From IMG/VR virus record IMGVR_UViG_3300025162_000062, positions 1 to 55,970 of that record: a DNA stretch of 55,970 bases. The stretch is one strand, 5' to 3'. Below, piece after piece: positions 48,725-55,970 of this stretch. The stretch's first letter is position 1. The number at the start of each line of letters is the position of its first letter. Under the pieces are notes generated by a model. It did no database searches and was not told the DNA's origin. It saw only the letters and a program-made list of their open reading frames with translations. This DNA is from a virus (Duplodnaviria > Caudoviricetes). Both the position numbers and the translations under genes were made by a program.

Positions 48725-49279
48725 ATGAAATATCAGAGGAAGTTTGTCATAAAAATTATATACAAATCAGGTTCATCACGACCATTTTATGTTAAAGAAT
48801 TTATTAAAAATACAATAGGATTTTATCACACAGACACACGTATTTTAGAAAATGCTAAAATATGGAGATATAAAAAAACTTGTGAGAATAGTATAAACTT
48901 GTTTTTAAAAAAACTTGATCCAACAAAAGTTAAAATAGAAGATTGTGATTTTGAAATAATAGAAATAACAGATAATCAAACATTAAGAAGTATAAAGCTC
49001 AATAAGATTAATAAAATTAAAAAAAAAATGAAATTTAGTGTTGGTGATAAAGTTAAGATAATAAAAAAGAAATGTTATCTTTTTGGAAAAGAATCAGAAA
49101 AATTAATATCTTGGTATTCAGAAGAAATTTATACAATTAGAGAATTTGATAAAGATTACAAGGTTGCGACATTAGATAGAGCACTTAATAATCACACAAG
49201 TAACATGATAAATATTTGTTATCTAAAATCATTAAAAAAAGAAAGAAAAAAGAAACTTTTAAAATTAAATTCTCTATAA
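48725..49279 (+). CDS. Hypothetical protein, apparently two fused small genes
   Basis: Two RxxKLxK tags; internal MKFSVGDKV. Confidence 0.6.
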   Translation: MKYQRKFVIKIIYKSGSSRPFYVKEFIKNTIGFYHTDTRILENAKIWRYKKTCENSINLFLKKLDPTKVKIEDCDFEIIEITDNQTLRSIKLNKINKIKKKMKFSVGDKVKIIKKKCYLFGKESEKLISWYSEEIYTIREFDKDYKVATLDRALNNHTSNMINICYLKSLKKERKKKLLKLNSL

Positions 49280-49420
49280 TATTGTGGGTGTAACACCCAT
49301 TAATCAATTCATAGTTGTTAATACGAAACCTTGTAAATCAATGATTTGCAAGGTTTTTTGTTATGATTCAATGAATCATAGTTGTTAATGAACTACTTAT
49401 AGTTTCCTCACAAAGATTAT
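49280..49420 (-). ncRNA. Candidate TnpB omega/reRNA scaffold and element right end
   Basis: Three inverted repeats overlapping and following the tnpB stop; boundaries uncertain. Confidence 0.5.
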
Positions 49421-50606
49421 ACTTTATAAGAACTTTAGATAAATCTAAAGGCTCGTTCATAGAAGCAAAATGATTTCCAAACCACCTATTCAATATATTT
49501 ATGGCTGAATTTAAATCACGGTCTATAATTATGGTGTCTGATAATTGAACTTGTCTATCATTTAATTCAATCTTATTCTTAAATAATTTTCCTGTCAAAC
49601 AATTAATTTGTGTTGTCCATTTTTCATCTATCTTTGTCAAATTGGTGTTCTTAGCTTGACACTTATAAGCAAGAAATTGTAAAAACATATTAATATTAGA
49701 AAAATGAAATGATTTCCTAATACCTTTTTTATTCACATTTACTCCTTCTGTTGACATTAATTTTTTTACCATCAAATCACCAACTACAATTGTGTTGTAG
49801 TTCATATTCGCTAATTTTTTACTCTGAATATGTAGAGCTTGTTTTATTTGTTCATTTTTTTTATAATAACATTTATTTAATGACTTTTTTAATTTTAAAT
49901 TCCTATTTGATCCTTTTACGGTTTTACTCCTTTTATTTTGGATTTTAGCAATTTGTTTCTGATAATAATCATTAATCTTTTTAGATTTGTTTTTTAATAC
50001 AACCATATCACCTTTATTATCTATTCCTGTTCCTAATTTTGATAAACCCAAATCAATAGCAAGAACTTTAGTTTTTATACTTATATTATCATCATATACT
50101 GGCTTCTCATCAATCACTAAATCACATAACCATTTATTTCTAACAAATTTTATTCTTATTTCTTTTATTTTCAAATCTTTAATATTCAAATTTGATTTAT
50201 ATTCAAATAATATTTTGTTGATAATTATCATATTATTTTCTTTTATAATCCACCCTGATTGATTCCAAGTTAAAGAATGAAAATAACTATTTTCTATTTT
50301 ATTGGGTGGTCTTGCAGTTTTATCTTTTTTTATTAATCTAAAAAAAGATTGATATGAGCCATATAATTCTGTTGCTATTGTTTGAACTGCTTTAGAATTT
50401 AATTTTTTCCAATCTGAATGTTGATCCTTCAATTCAGGAAGCATATTATTTAATCCAAATTTATTAAATATAGATTTGTCTATTTCATATTTATCATGTT
50501 GTATATCAAGCAATTTATTCCATATATCTTTACGAATATCAGATAATTCTTTCAATGTTGTTATCTGTTCGTTTGATGGAAATAATCTTATTTGATATGT
50601 TTTCAC
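49368..50606 (-). mobile_element. tnpB: Solo TnpB RNA-guided endonuclease (no TnpA)
   Basis: YQIRLFP..Q, AIDLG, IVVGDL, IDEKWTTQ, DRDLNSAINI; GTG start. Confidence 0.92.
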
Positions 50607-50722
50607 TTTTTATAGCACTTATTTTATATAAGTATATATAAATAAAATAAAGTCATATTTTGCCATTTTTGAAAATGTTTTTATTTTAAAAAATTTATAT
50701 ATAAGAGAAACAATTTTTTATT

Positions 50723-50986
50723 ATGAAACATCTTCAAGGATTCTACGAGCAAACTAATGAAGCTAAAATTACTAAAACAGATACAACAAATGTAAAATTT
50801 AACGTTGGATCTGATATACAAATAGTAGACGAAAATGATAAAAATATTGGCACAGCATTAATAAAAAAAGCATTGAAATCATCTTATAATGTAATGTATA
50901 AAGCTAAATCATACACTGTTAGCAAAGCTGCATTATCATTAAACATACACGGTCAAGTTCAAACTGAACTAAAAAATCTAAAATAA
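50723..50986 (+). CDS. Small protein with MKHLQGFYE tag
   Basis: ORF track. Confidence 0.65.
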   Translation: MKHLQGFYEQTNEAKITKTDTTNVKFNVGSDIQIVDENDKNIGTALIKKALKSSYNVMYKAKSYTVSKAALSLNIHGQVQTELKNLK

Positions 50987-50988
50987 TT

Positions 50989-51240
50989 ATGCATATTAAA
51001 ACCTTTGAAGAAAATCTAAATACTGAAGGTGATTGTAAATGTATAAAAGCTATTAAATTCAAAAATAGACTTAATTATTTTAAAAATTTAGATTATAAAT
51101 ATAAAATACAAAAAAATTCAGTCAAAGTATCTTATGACGATGGTAGATTTACTAATATGAGTAAAGATATATTTGATGAACATTTTTTAAACATAGAGAA
51201 ATGGGAATTAATACAAAAAAGAGATAAATTCAATTTATAA
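50989..51240 (+). CDS. Small protein with MHIKTFEE tag and KFNL end
   Basis: ORF track. Confidence 0.65.
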   Translation: MHIKTFEENLNTEGDCKCIKAIKFKNRLNYFKNLDYKYKIQKNSVKVSYDDGRFTNMSKDIFDEHFLNIEKWELIQKRDKFNL

Positions 51241-51261
51241 AAAAGCCTGAAAAGGCTTTTT
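51239..51261. terminator. Intrinsic terminator
   Basis: AAAAAGCCT-gaaa-AGGCTTTTT. Confidence 0.8.
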
Positions 51262-51317
51262 CTATTAAACCTTTATTGTTTTTTATCATATATTATTTAA
51301 ACTAAAACTAAATAAAT

Positions 51318-52268
51318 ATGAGTCTTAAAACAGATATGTTCTGGTATAAATACCAGCCTAAAAGCCTAAATACTATAATATTACTTCCAAGAATCAAAGA
51401 ATTGGTTAAAGATGGAATAAAAGCTAATATGATTTTCTATAGTGATACTCCAGGCACAGGAAAAACTACATTAGCAAAAATACTTTGTAAAGACACAGAC
51501 AATATAGAATTCAACGCTTCACAAGATACTGGTGTGGATATTCTTAGAGATCATTTACAAAAACATTGTAAAACTCTAAATCCATTTGCTGGTAAAGACG
51601 CACAAAAAACCATATTTCTTGATGAGTTTGATGGTGTATCTGCTGAATACCAAAAAGCTATGAAAGGATTTTCAGATAAATATCAACACGTCAGGTTTAT
51701 TCTAACAACTAACTATATTCAAAAGATTGATGAGAAAGTACTTTCAAGATTTATCAAAGTAGATTTTGATCCTAAGACAAAAGAAGAAACAGACTATCTT
51801 CAATCAATGTACTTCAAATATCTGAAGGCAATTGCAACAAAAAACACAATATCTATTACTGATGAAGAAATCAGAAAAATGATCATGCTTAATTTTCCAG
51901 ATTTAAGACAAGCCACACAAAAATTGCAAGAAGTCTTTGTGACAAATAACACAGATCAGTTTAAAAACTTAAATGCTTCTGGTTATGATGACATTTTTCA
52001 ATTTGTAATGGATGGTGGAAATAATATTGAAGAAAACTATTCTTTTGTTGTTAATAACTTTAATGATAACCCATTAGAATTAATGAAAGCATTAGGTAGA
52101 CCACTATTTAATAGAATACAAAGTATTGACAATGAAAATCTAATAAAACAAGGTGCAAACTTAGTTAGATTACAAAAATCTTATAATGCTGAATTTTCAT
52201 CAACAATAGATCCAGTTTTACATTTAATATCTTATCTAACAGACATAAAAGAAACATTAAAGAAATGA
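51318..52268 (+). CDS. gp44: Clamp loader ATPase subunit (gp44/RFC-like)
   Basis: W.KYQP, PGTGKTT, FNAS, FLDEFD, FILTTN, LSR, FPDLR. Confidence 0.92.
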   Translation: MSLKTDMFWYKYQPKSLNTIILLPRIKELVKDGIKANMIFYSDTPGTGKTTLAKILCKDTDNIEFNASQDTGVDILRDHLQKHCKTLNPFAGKDAQKTIFLDEFDGVSAEYQKAMKGFSDKYQHVRFILTTNYIQKIDEKVLSRFIKVDFDPKTKEETDYLQSMYFKYLKAIATKNTISITDEEIRKMIMLNFPDLRQATQKLQEVFVTNNTDQFKNLNASGYDDIFQFVMDGGNNIEENYSFVVNNFNDNPLELMKALGRPLFNRIQSIDNENLIKQGANLVRLQKSYNAEFSSTIDPVLHLISYLTDIKETLKK

Positions 52269-52269
52269 C

Positions 52270-52566
52270 ATGGTGAAAAATTTCAATATTAGACCAATTG
52301 GTTGTGATATTATTAGTGTAACACCAATATCAAACCCTAGGGATTTTATTTTATTTGAAACAGAGAAACAAAAATTGAGAAGGATAAGAAAACAAAAATT
52401 AAAAAAATTAAATATAATGGGAAAATTCAATTTTATTACAAAAATAAAAATGTTTTTAGCTTCAATTGGTTGGAAGATATTTATTTGGGGTAATAATTAT
52501 ACTGAGGAAGAATATTGGGAAAGTATATACCAACAGGAAAAAAATCATAAAATAAATAATGCTTGA
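52270..52566 (+). CDS. Small protein with capsid-like segment
   Basis: PIGCDIISVTPISNP resembles MCP TIGLDLVAVKPASSP. Confidence 0.55.
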   Translation: MVKNFNIRPIGCDIISVTPISNPRDFILFETEKQKLRRIRKQKLKKLNIMGKFNFITKIKMFLASIGWKIFIWGNNYTEEEYWESIYQQEKNHKINNA

Positions 52567-53089
52567 TAAAGAAAAAACTTATGATAAATGGTCAAAATTA
52601 GGATTGCTTGAAGGACTTGATAAAGCACAAAAAGATTGGTCAAGAAAAACAACACTCACACAAGAAGAACATGATGAATGGCTAAAAAACCAACCAATTC
52701 AAACATCAAGTTGGGATCCTTCAATGCCTTTACTACCATTATCCATGAAAGTTGCAGCACAAACAATTGGTATGGGTGGATGGAGACAATCAAAAAAACA
52801 AAAACAAAAACAAGATAGATTAAACAAACTTAAACAACTTAAAGGAGAAGAACCAAATGTTGTTTTGCCAGACGATGAATTTGTCGATGGCTTAATTTCA
52901 GTACAACCATTAGCAGGACCAACTCCACATCTTTTTTATTTAGATTTTAAATATACAGCTAAGCCTAAAAAATTCTCTAAAAGACCGAAAAAGAAAAAGA
53001 TTATCAACAGGGTAGACAAATTTAAATATATACTAAAAAATAATAACAAAAAATGGATGATATCAAGATTTTTAAAGAAAAAGCTATAA
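52559..53089 (+). CDS. Truncated major-capsid-protein paralogue
   Basis: DKWSKLGLLEGL, LLPLSMKVAAQTIG, LISVQPLAGP..LFYLDFKY. Confidence 0.75.
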   Translation: MLDKEKTYDKWSKLGLLEGLDKAQKDWSRKTTLTQEEHDEWLKNQPIQTSSWDPSMPLLPLSMKVAAQTIGMGGWRQSKKQKQKQDRLNKLKQLKGEEPNVVLPDDEFVDGLISVQPLAGPTPHLFYLDFKYTAKPKKFSKRPKKKKIINRVDKFKYILKNNNKKWMISRFLKKKL

Positions 53090-53337
53090 ATGATTATATT
53101 TATAATAATATAAATTTAAGTCACGCTGGAACAAATGACATTAAGCATGGTTTAAGAAATTTACTAGGTGAAGAACCAGCAGTTAAATTTAATTATAAGC
53201 CAAATATGAAGATTAATGAAACAACTGGAAAGGTTGAAAGATTAGATAATGAATTGGAATCAATAGAAATCTATTATACATATATTGGTTCAGATAATGC
53301 GCCTCACGCATCTCATATGAAATATGTTGTAAACTAA
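53053..53337 (+). CDS. Hypothetical protein
   Basis: ORF track. Confidence 0.6.
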   Translation: MDDIKIFKEKAINDYIYNNINLSHAGTNDIKHGLRNLLGEEPAVKFNYKPNMKINETTGKVERLDNELESIEIYYTYIGSDNAPHASHMKYVVN

Positions 53338-54386
53338 TTTGTAATTGATAAAAAATCATCGTATTTTTTATCAATTATAAATAAAAAATTATAACCTTGA
53401 TCTAATACTGATTTTTTCTTAATTAAATTTAATTCTTCGTGTAATTCATAGGTATACCAAGATTTAACTTCAACTATTAAATTAAAATCCTTCAGATAAT
53501 AGTCTGAAAAATAAATTTTATCTTTATTTTTATGCTTAAATTTAATAATTTTACCTCTAATAACATTCAATTTCATTTTTTCACATAAATCAAGAAAATC
53601 TTTTTCATAAGATCCCTGATACTTAATTCCATTTTCATGCATTTTCATTTTTGGAAATTGTTTCTTATGAATTTCTAAGTTTTGTGAAGGATAATCTACA
53701 CCATATTTTTCATTACAAGTTTTTCTTGATTTTATTTGACAATCATCCGTTGCTAAATAAGAATCTTTGCCATATTTTTCAAGACAAGTTTTTTTAATTT
53801 TATCTTGGCATTCCTCAGTTTGTGTATAACTTGTTACGTTATATTTATTTTTATTATTCAAATTTCTAGTTTCTAAAATTGACTTTGATTGAGTTGGCCA
53901 CTCAACACCATTATTTTTAAAACAAGTTTCTTTAGATTTTTCTCTATTTGTAAAATATTCATCTCCATACTTTTCTTTTTTAATTTTTTTAAACTTCTCT
54001 TTTAATTGCTCTGATTGAAATACAACTTCAACACCCCAATTTTTTAAATTGGTTTCTTTTTTCTTTTCTTTTATTTTTTCTGATTGTGAGACATTTTCAA
54101 CACCATATTTTTCTAAATTAGTTTTTTTAGTTTTAATTGATCTACAATTAAAACAACAATAATTTCCATTATTTCTATCACATGTCAAATTATAATAAGA
54201 GTGTTTCATTTCTTTTTCGTCTCCACAAATATCGCATTTTGTATTAATTATAACTTCACTATATCTCAACAATTCATTTGTTTTAATTTCTATAATATCA
54301 TTTTTTCTCACATTATATCCTAATTCATTAAAATGCTTAAAATTATAACTGTTTATTTTTACTTTTACTTTTTCTGTTAATATCAT
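53334..54386 (-). CDS. Putative homing endonuclease: Zn ribbon, EKYG repeats, PD-(D/E)XK
   Basis: CDICG, TNLEKYGV, YQGSYE..YFSDY..IVEVKS; paralogue of 12076..12876. Confidence 0.78.
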   Translation of the reverse strand: MILTEKVKVKINSYNFKHFNELGYNVRKNDIIEIKTNELLRYSEVIINTKCDICGDEKEMKHSYYNLTCDRNNGNYCCFNCRSIKTKKTNLEKYGVENVSQSEKIKEKKKETNLKNWGVEVVFQSEQLKEKFKKIKKEKYGDEYFTNREKSKETCFKNNGVEWPTQSKSILETRNLNNKNKYNVTSYTQTEECQDKIKKTCLEKYGKDSYLATDDCQIKSRKTCNEKYGVDYPSQNLEIHKKQFPKMKMHENGIKYQGSYEKDFLDLCEKMKLNVIRGKIIKFKHKNKDKIYFSDYYLKDFNLIVEVKSWYTYELHEELNLIKKKSVLDQGYNFLFIIDKKYDDFLSITN

Positions 54387-54503
54387 TTATTTAAATTATT
54401 TTTTATAGTTACCATCAACTATAAAGTATATATAAATAAATGAAGTTCCTAATTAAACAAATCACCGAAAAAATGATATATAAAACAAAAATAATATAAA
54501 TAA

Positions 54504-55481
54504 ATGATTAGACTTAACTTAGTCTGTGACGGAAATTACCTTTTGTATAGGGCAGTATTCATTTTACATAAATTAAGAACACTTTACGGTGACTTGGAAA
54601 CATTATTATTAAATGATTATAACAATATAACTAACGCTTATCCTTTCAATGTAATTTATGTCGTTTCAGATAGTAAAAAAAGCTGGAGAAAGAATATATA
54701 TCCTGAATATAAAGGTAAAAGAAAAAAAGATTTAGATATTGATTGGGAATTTGTATTTGACACCTTTGATAAATTCAAAGAAAGTATAAAACATAGACAC
54801 AATTGTATTCAATATCAGATAGATCCATTTGAAGGTGATGATATTATAGCACATATTGTAAGTGAAACAAATAAAGAAGGTGGTTCAAACTTAATACTAA
54901 CTAATGATGGTGATATTCATCAATTATTAAAATTTAGTACTACAGAAAACTATATTAACTTCATTTATAATCATAAGTTTCAAGATGAAAAACTTTATAT
55001 GCCACAAAACTATAGTATTTTCTTACAGCACATTGAAGATACGACAGAAGGTGATATTTTTGATTTAGCAGATGATAATATTGATTTTATGAACTTTTTT
55101 CATAAAGTAACAAATAAAGCTAAAGTTGTACCAATTAATAAAGAAGAATCCTATTTTAGAAAATTAGTTGCTGGTGATGTTGGTGATAATATTCTAAGTG
55201 TAGTTAAATTCACAAAAGAAACAAAAGGTATTGGTGTAAAAGGTTCTGCAACAGTATATTCTATGTACAAGCAAAGATATCCAGAAGATATTGATTTTGA
55301 TTCTGATGAATTTATAGATAATCTATGTGAAATTTTAACAATTTATAGAAAAAATAAAGATGAAGATTTCAAAGATAAATTAACTGAAAAAATTAAAATG
55401 TCTAGAATATTAACAAGATTAGATGGAAGATATTTACCAACTGGATATAAAAAAATATTATATGATAATATTAAAATATAA
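54504..55481 (+). CDS. rnh: T4-type RNase H / 5'-3' exonuclease (FEN family)
   Basis: DGNY, SWRK..YPEYKGKR, EGDDIIA, DGD.HQL, GDVGDNI. Confidence 0.9.
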   Translation: MIRLNLVCDGNYLLYRAVFILHKLRTLYGDLETLLLNDYNNITNAYPFNVIYVVSDSKKSWRKNIYPEYKGKRKKDLDIDWEFVFDTFDKFKESIKHRHNCIQYQIDPFEGDDIIAHIVSETNKEGGSNLILTNDGDIHQLLKFSTTENYINFIYNHKFQDEKLYMPQNYSIFLQHIEDTTEGDIFDLADDNIDFMNFFHKVTNKAKVVPINKEESYFRKLVAGDVGDNILSVVKFTKETKGIGVKGSATVYSMYKQRYPEDIDFDSDEFIDNLCEILTIYRKNKDEDFKDKLTEKIKMSRILTRLDGRYLPTGYKKILYDNIKI

Positions 55482-55507
55482 AAAAGCCTTCTTCGGAAGG
55501 TTTTTTT
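55481..55507 (+). terminator. Intrinsic terminator with cUUCGg tetraloop
   Basis: GCCTTC-TTCG-GAAGG-TTTTTTT. Confidence 0.88.
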
Positions 55508-55544
55508 ATTTTAAAATTAATATATACATAAAAAATACGATCTA

Positions 55545-55832
55545 ATGAAAAATTTGAAAAAATTTGAAATCTATATCACATCTGCGACTGGTAGTTCACC
55601 AATTTTAGACACATCAGATGCTAAATGGTTAGAAGAATTAAATAATCTTGAAATTAATTTTGAAAATGAGAACGACATAGAAAAATGGACAGACGAATTG
55701 AGAGAATTGGGTAAAAAATATCCAGAAATGAAATCAACCCCTGAATACTTAGAACATTTAAAAAAATGGTACAATATTCTAGAATTAACAGATGAGATTA
55801 ACAAGAATGGCATTAGAAATAAATATAAATAA
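55545..55832 (+). CDS. Small protein with MKNLKKFE tag
   Basis: ORF track. Confidence 0.65.
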   Translation: MKNLKKFEIYITSATGSSPILDTSDAKWLEELNNLEINFENENDIEKWTDELRELGKKYPEMKSTPEYLEHLKKWYNILELTDEINKNGIRNKYK

Positions 55833-55849
55833 ACCAAAAAATATAATTT

Positions 55850-55970
55850 ATGAAATTTTTAAGAAAATATGAAGAAAATTATGTTCGTAAAGTTCATATA
55901 CCAAAATTTGAAATTGGAGATGCTGTAAAAATAAAAAATGATCCATCACACACAATTTATGCCATAAATG
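55850..55970 (+). CDS. Partial small protein with MKFLRKYEE tag
   Basis: Manual translation MKFLRKYEENYVRKVHIPKFEIGDAVKIK..., runs off window. Confidence 0.6.
   Translation, partial: MKFLRKYEENYVRKVHIPKFEIGDAVKIKNDPSHTIYAIN

Noticed and set aside
1-55970. Stop-codon reassignment as in some jumbo phages
   Set aside because: Core genes are full length in the standard code and TAG/TGA serve as real stops; the two split genes are frame changes, not in-frame stops.
1-55970. Eukaryotic giant virus or bacterial chromosome origin suggested by the GT cluster and TATA-like motifs
   Set aside because: T4-like portal, terminase, gp21, gp23, gp55, overlapping operons and intrinsic terminators indicate a tailed phage.
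1-55970. tRNA, rRNA or group I intron
   Set aside because: No cloverleaf or intron core recognised; intergenic gaps are short and AT-rich. A covariance search was not possible.

Overview
Very AT-rich segment of a large T4-like (jumbo) myovirus genome. It carries the head/packaging module (terminase large subunit with an Ala-start class-3-type LAGLIDADG intein, portal, fused prohead protease-scaffold, gp23-like major capsid protein, gp4- and gp2-like proteins), baseplate/tail genes (gp25-, gp6-, gp15-like), a very short gp55-like late sigma factor, a clamp loader and a T4-type RNase H. Accessory content: a ~10.5 kb operon of glycosyltransferases and methyltransferases next to the capsid gene, two mucin-like Thr-rich proteins, about nine selfish nuclease genes including a solo TnpB with a rearranged RuvC site, and many small ORFs with shared N- or C-terminal peptide tags. 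Main unexplained structures: (i) a twice-repeated divergent ribbon-helix-helix pair plus nuclease cassette, mostly missed by the ORF track; (ii) small genes built from copies of the phage's own capsid segment (Gol-peptide equivalent) and portal segment; (iii) two promoter-like motif classes, TAAAC-N18-TATA(A/T) and WWTATATA, the latter shared with or embedded in mobile genes; (iv) a nuclease fused to a Mom-like domain. A TAnnTTTG motif and the general lack of Shine-Dalgarno sequences hint at a Bacteroidota host (inference). All calls come from reading motifs by eye; no searches were run.
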